A DNA stretch of 64,000 bases from an uncultured virus (IMG/VR IMGVR_UViG_3300028422_001054) (IMGVR_UViG_3300028422_001054); one strand, 5' to 3'; positions 19,582 to 28,643 are shown, counted from the stretch's first letter. Numbers and translations are program-made. Notes: generated by a model not told the origin, from the letters alone.

Positions 19582-19832
19582 AAATCATTTCTAATAGCTC
19601 GATTATAAGCTATTAGAAATGATTTTTGATTTATGAGTTACTACTCTATAACTATCTTTTTATATGCTTTATCAAATAAAAACCGTATAGGGAATTTTCC
19701 TATACAAAATGAGTAAAATTCCCTATATATTTTTTAAATTTTTAGTTCTATTATTAACACATAGGGACGGGACGCACACATATATACAAGCAGTAAAAAA
19801 GCTTGTATATATATATAAATATATATATGTGC
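19582..19832. repeat. cluster of inverted repeats
   Basis: 18-bp arms at 19582-19625, 13-bp arms at 19686-19727, ATATATACAAGC/GCTTGTATATAT near 19780-19812. Confidence 0.8.
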
Positions 19833-19912
19833 TTAAAAACTTTTAAAAAGTTTTAAAAAATGTTGGCAACTACTAAAAATGTTGTTAATATTAAAGAGTA
19901 GAGGAGTTAACG

Positions 19913-20104
19913 ATGGACGTGTTAGCAAAAGATGTTTGTTTTATAGAAAATGGGTTTGGCGATGGTATGCTCTATAATAAAGATGGATCTGCATGTTGGC
20001 AACTGCCGGCGTGTATAAAAAAAGAGGATATCATTCAAGGTTTCCCTCACTACATCATTAAGAGAGAAGCCTTGGACAAAAACGAGATTAGAAAATGGTT
20101 CTAA
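19913..20104 (+). CDS. hypothetical protein
   Basis: GAGGAG RBS; first gene of the + strand cluster. Confidence 0.65.
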   Translation: MDVLAKDVCFIENGFGDGMLYNKDGSACWQLPACIKKEDIIQGFPHYIIKREALDKNEIRKWF

Positions 20105-20125
20105 TCTAGAAAAAAGGAGAATAAT

Positions 20126-20311
20126 ATGAAAGACATTAAAATTGAAGAAGTTACAGAATTTGATAGTTATTTGTCAAGCTCCGCAAGTTTTGAAATGAAT
20201 TTGCTTTTAGCAAATTCATCTTTTTTAAAAGGCGTTAAAAGTCATGAAGCAGAGAAACTAAATGTTTCTCTTATCGACCTACATTTCGGGCGTGACGTCC
20301 GGAATGCATAA
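20126..20311 (+). CDS. hypothetical protein
   Basis: AAGGAG RBS. Confidence 0.6.
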   Translation: MKDIKIEEVTEFDSYLSSSASFEMNLLLANSSFLKGVKSHEAEKLNVSLIDLHFGRDVRNA

Positions 20312-20318
20312 AAACTTT

Positions 20319-20359
20319 TTATCAAGTATATTGACACAAATTAATATACTCGATAATAT
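20319..20359 (+). promoter_or_regulatory. palindromic sigma70 promoter, family B, copy 1
   Basis: TTGACA-17 nt-TAATAT within TTATCAAGTATATT/AATATACTCGATAA. Confidence 0.8.
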
Positions 20360-20364
20360 ATACA

Positions 20365-20408
20365 AGCTTGCAATGGTTTTTATAGTAGTTCGAATCTACT
20401 AGCAAGCT
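20365..20408 (+). ncRNA. tRNA-minihelix-like element, copy 1
   Basis: AGCTTGC/GCAAGCT stem enclosing TAGTAG-TTCGAAT-CTACTA. Confidence 0.65.
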
Positions 20409-20435
20409 ATAAATAAAAATTTTAAGGAGAATAAG

Positions 20436-20927
20436 ATGGAATTTACTTTAGAAGAAATCAATGAAATTATGGATAGAAATAATGGGGATCTAATCCTCAA
20501 GGATACACTTATCAAAACATTACCAGAAGGGTTAAAGGTTCAAGGAAACTTGGATCTGACAGATACCGACATTCAAGAGTTACCAAACGGGTTAATAGTT
20601 GGAAAAAACTTAAACTTGTACTTTACAAAGGTAACGTCGTTACCTGAAAATTTAAAAGTTGGTGGATGGGTAGAGCTACAAGGGACTAAGATAGAGACGT
20701 TACCAAAAGGTTTAGAAGTAGGCTTATCCCTAGATGCAAGCTATACACCAATGACAACACTACCAAGAGATTTAAAAATTGGTGGTTACCTTAGTCTGAG
20801 AGGGACTAAGGTAATAACATTACCAAAAGGGTTAACCGTAGGAACCGTTTTAGATATAACGAATACAAAAGTTAAGTCTTTACCTAAAGACTTAAAAGTA
20901 GGAGGTAAAATCTACAGCGATCTATAA
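20436..20927 (+). CDS. leucine-rich repeat protein (20-aa repeat, 6 full units, no C-terminal domain)
   Basis: LPxGLxVGGxLxLxxTxI repeats. Confidence 0.9.
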   Translation: MEFTLEEINEIMDRNNGDLILKDTLIKTLPEGLKVQGNLDLTDTDIQELPNGLIVGKNLNLYFTKVTSLPENLKVGGWVELQGTKIETLPKGLEVGLSLDASYTPMTTLPRDLKIGGYLSLRGTKVITLPKGLTVGTVLDITNTKVKSLPKDLKVGGKIYSDL

Positions 20928-20937
20928 GATTAATACA

Positions 20938-20982
20938 AGCTTGTAATGGTTTTATATAGTGGTTCAATTCCACTAGCAAGCT
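20938..20982 (+). ncRNA. tRNA-minihelix-like element, copy 2
   Basis: AGCTTGT/GCAAGCT stem enclosing TAGTGG-TTCAATT-CCACTA (compensatory pair). Confidence 0.65.
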
Positions 20983-21007
20983 ATAAACCAAAATTTAGGA
21001 GTTTAAT

Positions 21008-21550
21008 ATGGAATTCGAATTTGTAATGGGATCTACAATCCATAATACAATTATTATTGCAGAAATAAATATCAGAAATCATTTTTCAATATCTTTTAAT
21101 GAGGTTCTTCCGTTTGAAATGACAGAAGAAAGAGATCTAGAACAAAAAGAAAGCTTTCTTGAAAATTTTGAAGAAGAAGAAAGACAAGAAATAGAGGAAC
21201 AGATCTATTATCTTGGTTATGAAGGATATTTTGATATATCTTTATATTCAAATAATTTTAATTTTCCAGAACTGGAAAATGATATCTATTTTGAATCTAT
21301 AGGGTGTGGTCAGGGGGATCATAGAAAAGATCTTATATACTCTATTAACTCTATTGATAAAAATACAGATACAAAAGATATCAATACAAAGATCTTTGAC
21401 CTCTGGGATAGATTACATTTAAAGGAAATGGAGAGTTTATCAGAATCTGATAAACAAGAAATTAATAACTTAATTGAAAAAATCAAAACGTTTGATCTAG
21501 ATGATCAAATGGAAATATTAGCAAGAAAATTGCTAATAGAGGATAAATAA
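21008..21550 (+). CDS. acidic hypothetical protein
   Basis: AGGAG RBS; GCGQ and WDRLHL motifs. Confidence 0.75.
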   Translation: MEFEFVMGSTIHNTIIIAEINIRNHFSISFNEVLPFEMTEERDLEQKESFLENFEEEERQEIEEQIYYLGYEGYFDISLYSNNFNFPELENDIYFESIGCGQGDHRKDLIYSINSIDKNTDTKDINTKIFDLWDRLHLKEMESLSESDKQEINNLIEKIKTFDLDDQMEILARKLLIEDK

Positions 21551-21551
21551 C

Positions 21552-22130
21552 ATGAAACCATATGATAGTATAAAAACGATGTATAAGTCAAAAAGTCTTA
21601 TACATCGTAAAAAAGTTTGTTTAAACAATGATGTTGTTATTGTAACAACAGACGAGCAAGCTAATAAGTTAAGTCCATTGACTTTATATTCTTGGATAGG
21701 ACGCCTAAACGTTAATCTAAGAATGTACAATAGCAGTAGTCAATTCGGTGATATGGTTTTTTCAAACAAAGAAGACGCTGTTATTGAAAAAATCAGAGAA
21801 TTGAAGTTTATACAAAAAAATGTTAATGACTGTATTAATGACTTAAAAGAAGAAATTTCTACTATACGACGTATTAGATCTATAGCTAAAAAGCTATATA
21901 CTTTCTCTATGGAAAATTCATATTTAAGCAAACGAGATCTAGATCTTATTATATCTAGATATGAATTAAACTTAACCTTAAATGAGTTTAAAAACTTAAG
22001 CTTAATTATGGGAATTCAATTTAAGAGTAATAATCTTGTTTCTATATGGTTAGGAAAAAAATCAAAACTTAAGATTGAAACAATTATTAAAATAATAGAA
22101 AAATTGAGATATCAAATAAAAATAAATTAA
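21552..22130 (+). CDS. basic hypothetical protein
   Basis: 192-aa ORF, GAGG RBS. Confidence 0.7.
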   Translation: MKPYDSIKTMYKSKSLIHRKKVCLNNDVVIVTTDEQANKLSPLTLYSWIGRLNVNLRMYNSSSQFGDMVFSNKEDAVIEKIRELKFIQKNVNDCINDLKEEISTIRRIRSIAKKLYTFSMENSYLSKRDLDLIISRYELNLTLNEFKNLSLIMGIQFKSNNLVSIWLGKKSKLKIETIIKIIEKLRYQIKIN

Positions 22131-22137
22131 ATTATCT

Positions 22138-22178
22138 TTATCAAGTATATTGACAAAAATTAATATACTTGATAATAT
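22138..22178 (+). promoter_or_regulatory. palindromic sigma70 promoter, family B, copy 2
   Basis: perfect 14-bp arms TTATCAAGTATATT/AATATACTTGATAA; TTGACA-17-TAATAT. Confidence 0.85.
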
Positions 22179-22209
22179 GTAGAAAGATAAAAACTTGAGG
22201 AGTTTGAAG

Positions 22210-22896
22210 ATGAATAATTTTGACATGAACAGTAAAGGAATAAATATCATAGCTAATATTTTTTATGATGAATGTCTTTCGCAAGACAACTTTGACCGAA
22301 ATTGTAAACTTATAGATAAAAACAAAGATTTTTTTATATACACTGATTATGGTAACTTAAGCAGTGATTTCTATATATCTTTGAAAGAAGAGTCCAGAAC
22401 AGATCTCGAAGATGTTATAGAACAAGAACAAATTTATTGCGGATGCTCTATAGATGAGCTTGATATTCAAGAGCTTCAAGCTCTTATAGAAAATGAGTTA
22501 TCATATATAGATTTATTTTTTATCTGTAAAAAATATCATCTTGAGATTGAACAAAATTATGAGTTATTAACGATTCGAGGATTCTCTCAAGGTGACATCT
22601 TAAAAATATTTGTAAATATTGAAGAGTTTGAAAAGGTGACAGGAGCTGTTTTTAACGATATCAAAGAATCTTTAAAAGAAGATTTAATTAATTATTGTTA
22701 TAAAACACCATTAACTGCACGAATAACAATAAACGACCAAGAGATCTATTTGGACGGAATTGACGGCAATTATATTTATTATGATGCAGATACTAAAAAA
22801 CAAATTATAGAAATTTGTTTAAAAAGTGTATCAGATATTGATCAAGATCTTTTAAAAGAAGAACTTGAGGAATTATTACCAGAAGAAATAAATTAA
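22210..22896 (+). CDS. acidic hypothetical protein (RGFSQGD motif)
   Basis: GAGGAG RBS before ATG at 22210. Confidence 0.75.
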   Translation: MNNFDMNSKGINIIANIFYDECLSQDNFDRNCKLIDKNKDFFIYTDYGNLSSDFYISLKEESRTDLEDVIEQEQIYCGCSIDELDIQELQALIENELSYIDLFFICKKYHLEIEQNYELLTIRGFSQGDILKIFVNIEEFEKVTGAVFNDIKESLKEDLINYCYKTPLTARITINDQEIYLDGIDGNYIYYDADTKKQIIEICLKSVSDIDQDLLKEELEELLPEEIN

Positions 22897-22903
22897 ACTA
22901 ATT

Positions 22904-22944
22904 TTATCAAGTATATTGACAAAAATTAATATACTTGATAATAT
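22904..22944 (+). promoter_or_regulatory. palindromic sigma70 promoter, family B, copy 3
   Basis: identical to copy 2, with near-identical leader and RBS. Confidence 0.85.
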
Positions 22945-22975
22945 TTAGAAAGATAAAAACTTGAGGAGTTTAAAA

Positions 22976-23272
22976 ATGATAAAAATGATAGTCCAAGACA
23001 CGTATACAAAGAGAGATATAAACGGAAACGTTTATCACGCAATTACAATTATCAACCTTGAAAATAGAGAATCCTTTACTACTAGTTCTCCCAACTTAAG
23101 TAATGTTACCAGTATTTTGCAGAAAGCTGGTTTCGATTATAGTCAGATTTACACAATTGAAACTTGTACAGGATCGGCAAGGCATAGCTCTTTACCAAAA
23201 AGTATATACCTTGATCCTTGCAGGTATACGGAAGAATGGAAAAAACAATTAATAGGAATTAATTGTTTATAG
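22976..23272 (+). CDS. hypothetical protein
   Basis: GAGGAG RBS before ATG at 22976; DINGNVYH motif. Confidence 0.7.
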   Translation: MIKMIVQDTYTKRDINGNVYHAITIINLENRESFTTSSPNLSNVTSILQKAGFDYSQIYTIETCTGSARHSSLPKSIYLDPCRYTEEWKKQLIGINCL

Positions 23273-23337
23273 GATGTTAAGAGGTATTCATAAACCTCTT
23301 AATATTTAAAATTAAGATGACGACAAAAGAGGATAAT

Positions 23338-24177
23338 ATGGAATATACTTTAGAAGAACTGAATAAAATGATGGATGGAAACTATGGAAACTTAGATTTA
23401 AACTTCAATGATACTAAAGAAATATCATTACCGATATCGTTACCTAAAGGGTTAACTGCTCGAGGATGGTTAGATTTAGCTCATACGGAAATTGAATCAT
23501 TACCTGAAGGGTTAACGGTTAGGGGTACCTTATATTTAAGATATACCCCAATTATAGAATTACCAGAAGGGTTAACTGTAGGAAGAACCTTAGATTTAGA
23601 AGGTACTCCAATTAAATCTTTACCAAAAGGGTTAACCGTAGGAGGAGACTTAAATTTAAAATATACTAAAATTAAATCACTACCAAGAGATTTAAAAGTT
23701 GGTGGAAAAATCTACAGTGATTTACCTAAAAATGAACTAAATTACACAAAACTTCAACAAGGTGAGTATGTTGAAAATTCATACCTATATGCCGATGAAA
23801 TATTCACTCTTGTTAAATCTAAAAAGTCTTTTGATAAATACACATATTTTATTGGAGAGTTTAAAGGTCAAAACGTACTTTATGATGGTACTTATTACGC
23901 ACATTGTGAAAACATCAAGAAAGGACTTAGGGATCTTAACTTCAAACATTCTCAAGATAGAAGAATTGAACAATACAAAAATTTAAAATTAACAAGTAAT
24001 CTATCTTTTGATGAATCAAAAACGATGTACAGAATTTTAACTGGAGCATGTAGGCAAGGTACTGAAAGTTTCATTAGTAACTTAAAAACAATAAAAGATC
24101 AGTATACAATACAGGAATTAATAGATCTAACTGTTAATCAATATGGGCATGAAGTTTTTAAGAAGTTTTTTAAATAA
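23338..24177 (+). CDS. leucine-rich repeat protein (4 full units) with conserved C-terminal domain
   Basis: 20-aa LRRs plus YYAHC and YRILTGACRQGT domain; GAGGA RBS before 23338. Confidence 0.9.
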   Translation: MEYTLEELNKMMDGNYGNLDLNFNDTKEISLPISLPKGLTARGWLDLAHTEIESLPEGLTVRGTLYLRYTPIIELPEGLTVGRTLDLEGTPIKSLPKGLTVGGDLNLKYTKIKSLPRDLKVGGKIYSDLPKNELNYTKLQQGEYVENSYLYADEIFTLVKSKKSFDKYTYFIGEFKGQNVLYDGTYYAHCENIKKGLRDLNFKHSQDRRIEQYKNLKLTSNLSFDESKTMYRILTGACRQGTESFISNLKTIKDQYTIQELIDLTVNQYGHEVFKKFFK

Positions 24178-24191
24178 AAAGTTGTACTTTT

Positions 24192-24232
24192 CACTTGTTT
24201 ATGTTGACTAAAATATAAATAAGTGATAAGAT
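24192..24232 (+). promoter_or_regulatory. palindromic sigma70 promoter, family A, copy 1
   Basis: TTGACT-17-TAAGAT with TG extension; arms CACTTGTTTAT/ATAAATAAGTG. Confidence 0.8.
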
Positions 24233-24239
24233 TATTATA

Positions 24240-24284
24240 AGCTTATAATGGTTTTATATAGTAGTTCGATGCTACTAACAAGGT
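24240..24284 (+). ncRNA. tRNA-minihelix-like element, copy 3 (degenerate outer stem)
   Basis: TAGTAG-TTCGATG-CTACTA hairpin and AATGGTTTTATA linker kept; outer stem has two mismatches. Confidence 0.5.
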
Positions 24285-24296
24285 AAGGAGATTTTT

Positions 24297-24617
24297 ATGA
24301 TTATGGCATTTAAAAGATATCTAGAAATAAATGATTTTACGCTTATAGATTGTATTGCTTTAGAAAATAGCACCTATCAAATTTCTTATTATGATAATAA
24401 GAGCAAGGCAATAAAAACAAAACTTGTACCAAAATATAAAAAGTCTTATACGCTAAGATATGTTAATAGAAATGAAGTTTTTTATGTAGATTTTAGTCCT
24501 ATGACTTCAAAGGAAGCTAAAATTATTAAAAATAATTCTCTGTTTTATCCTAACCGAACAATAGATATTGTTCCATATGGTTTTTATCTTGAGTGGAAAA
24601 ATGGGCAATTGCTATAA
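24297..24617 (+). CDS. hypothetical protein
   Basis: AAGGAG RBS. Confidence 0.7.
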   Translation: MIMAFKRYLEINDFTLIDCIALENSTYQISYYDNKSKAIKTKLVPKYKKSYTLRYVNRNEVFYVDFSPMTSKEAKIIKNNSLFYPNRTIDIVPYGFYLEWKNGQLL

Positions 24618-24631
24618 AATAGCATATAACA

Positions 24632-24676
24632 AGCTTGTAATGGTTTTATATAGTAGTTCGATTCTACTAGCAAGCT
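24632..24676 (+). ncRNA. tRNA-minihelix-like element, copy 4
   Basis: AGCTTGT/GCAAGCT stem enclosing TAGTAG-TTCGATT-CTACTA. Confidence 0.65.
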
Positions 24677-24701
24677 ATAAATCAAAATAGAGGAGTTAAA
24701 T

Positions 24702-24932
24702 ATGTTTACAAAAAGAAATAGAATTTCCAGTATCGAGAAAAAGTTAAATATCCGAACGGAATTAAAACTTAAAGATTATAGTGATAGTTTAAATTCTACT
24801 TTTAAAGTATTTAGACTAATCGATGAGTATCCTACAAATACGACAGGAATCTATAAATCAACTGGTCAGAAATATGAATATGATGGTATTTTTACTAAGC
24901 AACAATTGATTGACGAATGCAACAAACTATAA
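24702..24932 (+). CDS. hypothetical protein
   Basis: GAGGAG RBS. Confidence 0.7.
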   Translation: MFTKRNRISSIEKKLNIRTELKLKDYSDSLNSTFKVFRLIDEYPTNTTGIYKSTGQKYEYDGIFTKQQLIDECNKL

Positions 24933-24957
24933 ATCAGATTTTTAGGAGTGATGAAAA

Positions 24958-25383
24958 ATGGATTATGAAACTTTAATAAATAACAAGATCGAACAGCATA
25001 AAAAATTAAAACAAGAAAAAAAGGATAAAAGGACTTCTCAAGAAATAAGACTTGAGGAAGTAGCTAATCAAATTGAAAAGTTTTATGAAGCTATAGACAA
25101 AAGTAACTTAAGATTTAACAAAAATAACTCTATAGAGAGTGTAACCTTTAAACAGCTATTTCATAAAAACAATATGCTACTCCGTAGATCTACAGGTACC
25201 GAAATTAAGTTTAAAACACCTATTTTAAGATACGAACATCTTACACTAATGTTAAATAGCAATCTAGACTTGATATTTGTATTAAGTTCTATGTATGCTT
25301 CGAGTACACCAAATAAAATATTTAGAAATATTGACGATTTAATTGGTTTTATGACTACTAAAATTATTGATATGAGCATATAG
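24958..25383 (+). CDS. hypothetical protein
   Basis: AGGAG RBS; 141 aa. Confidence 0.7.
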   Translation: MDYETLINNKIEQHKKLKQEKKDKRTSQEIRLEEVANQIEKFYEAIDKSNLRFNKNNSIESVTFKQLFHKNNMLLRRSTGTEIKFKTPILRYEHLTLMLNSNLDLIFVLSSMYASSTPNKIFRNIDDLIGFMTTKIIDMSI

Positions 25384-25398
25384 AAAAAGGAGTTTAAG

Positions 25399-25692
25399 AT
25401 GAATATAGAACTAATTGTAAATAATGAACCATGTTGGTTACATGATGTAAGATTTAATGCAGAAGCGTTAAATGATTATTTAACATATGATGGTGATAAT
25501 TACCATATATCAGAAACTGATTTTAATTGGTGGTCGGAATATAACAATAAATATAATAATGCCGATGATAAATTAAAAGAGCTGTTTGAGAAAAATGAAG
25601 AGTTAAAAGAGGAATTCTTCCATTTTATCATAGAGAAAGATTTTAATGATTACCCTGAGCAAATTCTTTATTTTATAGAGTTGAATAAATAA
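25399..25692 (+). CDS. acidic hypothetical protein
   Basis: AAGGAG RBS. Confidence 0.7.
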   Translation: MNIELIVNNEPCWLHDVRFNAEALNDYLTYDGDNYHISETDFNWWSEYNNKYNNADDKLKELFEKNEELKEEFFHFIIEKDFNDYPEQILYFIELNK

Positions 25693-25718
25693 GGTTTTTA
25701 GTTAAAATGTGTACTTTT

Positions 25719-25759
25719 CACTTATTTATGTTGACTAAAATATAAATAATTGGTAAGAT
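25719..25759 (+). promoter_or_regulatory. palindromic sigma70 promoter, family A, copy 2
   Basis: TTGACT-17-TAAGAT; CACTTATTTAT/ATAAATAATTG. Confidence 0.8.
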
Positions 25760-25789
25760 TATTACAAGATAAAGACAAGAGAGGATGTT

Positions 25790-26551
25790 ATGGAATATAC
25801 TTTAGAAGAACTAAATAAAATGATGGAAGAGAATGATGGAAACTTAAGTTTATATAATACTCCGATTAAATCATTACCAGAAGGGTTAAAGGTTGGAGGT
25901 TGGTTAGATTTAAGAAATACCCCAATTAAATCGTTACCAGAAGGATTAACAGTTGGAGGATATTTAGATTTAGAAAATACTGAAATTGAATCTTTACCAG
26001 AAGGATTAACCGTTGGAGGATATTTAGCTTTAAGGTATGCTCCAATTACAACGCTACCAGAAGATTTAAAAGTTGGAGGTACCATATTTAGGGATTTACC
26101 TGAAAATGAACTCAATTATACAAAACTTAAACAAGGTGATTATGTTAAAGATGAATATCTATATGCCGATGAAATCTTAACTCACATTAAAGCTAAAAAA
26201 TCTTTTGATAAGTACACATATTTTATTGGTAAATTTAAAGATAAAAACGTACTTTATGATGGAACTTATTATGCTCACTGTAAAAACATCAAACAAGGAA
26301 TTAAGGATCTTAGCTTCAAACATGCTAAAGATAGAAGAATTGAACAATACAGAAATCTCAAGCTAACAAGTATTCTATCTTTTGAAGAATCAAAAACAAT
26401 GTATCGAGTTTTAACTGGAGCATGTAGGCAAGGAACTGAAAGCTTTATTAGTAACTTAAAAACAATAAAAGATCAGTATACAGTACAGGAATTACTAGAT
26501 CTAACTGTTAATCAATATGGGCATGAAACTTTTAAGAAGTTTTTTAGTTAA
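25790..26551 (+). CDS. leucine-rich repeat protein (3 full units) with conserved C-terminal domain
   Basis: close paralog of 23338 and 31137. Confidence 0.9.
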   Translation: MEYTLEELNKMMEENDGNLSLYNTPIKSLPEGLKVGGWLDLRNTPIKSLPEGLTVGGYLDLENTEIESLPEGLTVGGYLALRYAPITTLPEDLKVGGTIFRDLPENELNYTKLKQGDYVKDEYLYADEILTHIKAKKSFDKYTYFIGKFKDKNVLYDGTYYAHCKNIKQGIKDLSFKHAKDRRIEQYRNLKLTSILSFEESKTMYRVLTGACRQGTESFISNLKTIKDQYTVQELLDLTVNQYGHETFKKFFS

Positions 26552-26565
26552 AAAGTTGTACTTTT

Positions 26566-26606
26566 CACGTATCTATGTTGACTAAAATATAGATACGTGA
26601 TAATAT
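26566..26606 (+). promoter_or_regulatory. palindromic sigma70 promoter, family A, copy 3
   Basis: TTGACT-17-TAATAT; arms CACGTATCTAT/ATAGATACGTG. Confidence 0.85.
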
Positions 26607-26636
26607 TATTACAAGATAAAGAAAAGAGAGGATAAT

Positions 26637-27251
26637 ATGGAATATACTTTAGATGTGTTGAATAAAATGATGGAAGAGAATGATGGAGACTTAGATTTAA
26701 AACATACTGGGATTGAATCGTTACCAGAAGGGTTAACAGTTGGAGGATATTTAGATTTAAGCTATACTTCAATTACATCATTACCTAATGGGTTAACTGT
26801 TGGAGGATGGTTAGATTTAAGAAATACTCAAATTACAACACTACCAGAAGGGTTAACGGTTGGAGGTAGCGTATATTTAAGATATACTCAAATTACATCG
26901 TTACCTAAAGGATTAACGGTTGGAGGAACCTTAGATTTAGAAGGTACTACAATTACATCGTTACCAAAAGGATTAACCGTTGAAGGAAGCTTATATTTAG
27001 ACTATTCTCGAATAACTTCATTACCAGAAGGGTTAACTGTTGGAGGTTGGTTAGATTTAAGTTATGCTCCAATTGAATCGTTACCAGAAGGGTTAACTGT
27101 TGGAGAAATCTTATATTTAGAAGGTACTAAAATAACATCGTTACCACAAGATTTAAAAGTTGGTGATAAAATCTACGGAGATTTACCAAAGAAGGAACTA
27201 CACTGCACAAAACTCCAACAGGACGATTATATTGCATTTGAATACCTATAA
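26637..27251 (+). CDS. leucine-rich repeat protein (7 full units), C-terminal domain lost
   Basis: 20-aa LRRs; early TAA followed by a remnant of the paralog 3' end. Confidence 0.85.
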   Translation: MEYTLDVLNKMMEENDGDLDLKHTGIESLPEGLTVGGYLDLSYTSITSLPNGLTVGGWLDLRNTQITTLPEGLTVGGSVYLRYTQITSLPKGLTVGGTLDLEGTTITSLPKGLTVEGSLYLDYSRITSLPEGLTVGGWLDLSYAPIESLPEGLTVGEILYLEGTKITSLPQDLKVGDKIYGDLPKKELHCTKLQQDDYIAFEYL

Positions 27252-27312
27252 GCGGAAGGAATCTTAGCTCCTGTTAAATCTAAGAAGTTTTTTAGTTAAA
27301 ATGTGTACTTTT

Positions 27313-27353
27313 CACTTATTTATGTTGACTAAAATATAAATAAGTGATAAGAT
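27313..27353 (+). promoter_or_regulatory. palindromic sigma70 promoter, family A, copy 4
   Basis: TTGACT-17-TAAGAT; perfect arms CACTTATTTAT/ATAAATAAGTG. Confidence 0.85.
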
Positions 27354-27383
27354 TATTACAAGATAAAGAAAAGAGAGGATAAT

Positions 27384-27701
27384 ATGAAAAGTTTTAGAGA
27401 AATGAGTCCTAAGGAATGGAGTGAAGCAGTAGAGAAACTAGCTAGTGATTTATCAAATACAGACTTAAATGTATTCCGAGAAAGTACATTGAGAAGAATG
27501 TATGCTGATATGTATGGTGTAGATGATGATATAGAAAGAGCTTATTCCATAGAGGATATAAAGAACTGTTTATATGACGAGGATATTACTGATGAACAAG
27601 CTGATAAAATATCCATCTGGCTAGAGACTAAAGGAGATAGTACTCTTACATTTTGGGAGAATATAACGAATGCTTATGATACATTAAAGGAGGAGTTCTA
27701 A
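27384..27701 (+). CDS. acidic hypothetical protein
   Basis: same leader and RBS as the LRR genes. Confidence 0.75.
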   Translation: MKSFREMSPKEWSEAVEKLASDLSNTDLNVFRESTLRRMYADMYGVDDDIERAYSIEDIKNCLYDEDITDEQADKISIWLETKGDSTLTFWENITNAYDTLKEEF

Positions 27702-28258
27702 TGGTATACATACTTTACAGCAATAAAATAAAATATCTGCATAGTCTGGAAGGAAAAGAGATTAACAAAAGTGATTTAGAATCTCTAGGTACTACTTACA
27801 TGCCAATAACTGATTTTACTGAGTTGTTTAATAATGATTATGATGCTATTAAAAGCATGAATCGTAACGGTCACATAACATATATTAACGTAAAAGAAAA
27901 TAAGTCTGATACTCATAATGAAGTATTATATAAAGAAATAACAGCAAGCCGTCAAATATACTTAATAGACAATACTTATTTTGTATATAATCATGAGTTT
28001 ACATATTTCAATGTAGCTTTAGATGAAAAGAGTTGTTTGAACAGTAGTAATAGTTTAGGGTCTTTTGATACTGAAGAACTTGCTATGGAGTTTATAGATA
28101 AACTTCAATCAGAAAATAAGTCTGATACTCCAGAAATCGTAAAAGACTTAAATACGATAAAAGAGTTTGTTTTAAGATTTGATACTCCTGATGATTTAGA
28201 TTTAGAAGTATCAAAATTACTAGATAAATATATTGCTAAATATTCGAGAGGAGAATAG
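27701..28258 (+). CDS. hypothetical protein
   Basis: GGAGGAG RBS; TAATG overlap; internal ENKSDT duplication. Confidence 0.75.
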   Translation: MVYILYSNKIKYLHSLEGKEINKSDLESLGTTYMPITDFTELFNNDYDAIKSMNRNGHITYINVKENKSDTHNEVLYKEITASRQIYLIDNTYFVYNHEFTYFNVALDEKSCLNSSNSLGSFDTEELAMEFIDKLQSENKSDTPEIVKDLNTIKEFVLRFDTPDDLDLEVSKLLDKYIAKYSRGE

Positions 28259-28259
28259 A

Positions 28260-28643
28260 ATGAGACATAGCATAAAAAATGAAATCGTGGCTGGTTTTAA
28301 AACAGCTTTATTATGGATACACCAAGAAGATTTTGAAGATATCGATACTTTTTCAGATTCTGCTGAATTGTTTATTGATAACTTAGTAAAGGATTTTATC
28401 AAAGAGACTAATCTCTTTGACCTAATGGGAGCTTTTACACCTTTAAACGATGAATACTCTATAGGGGAACTTATAGGACATGATTTGTTTTTATCGGTGG
28501 GAGGATTTGGAGCTGGTTTCTTGAGTAAACCTAATATCTATAATGGTTTCGAAAATAATCTTGATAACTTTGTAGAAAAAAAGGTTACATGGATAAACGA
28601 TATTTTCATAAATGATGAAAGTCATGTTATAGAGATAGAGTAA
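28260..28643 (+). CDS. hypothetical phage protein (GHDLFL...GxGxGF motif)
   Basis: GAGGAG RBS before ATG at 28260. Confidence 0.75.
   Translation: MRHSIKNEIVAGFKTALLWIHQEDFEDIDTFSDSAELFIDNLVKDFIKETNLFDLMGAFTPLNDEYSIGELIGHDLFLSVGGFGAGFLSKPNIYNGFENNLDNFVEKKVTWINDIFINDESHVIEIE

Noticed and set aside
20365..24676. Canonical tRNA genes
   Set aside because: Elements are only 44-45 nt, lacking D-stem, anticodon arm and CCA
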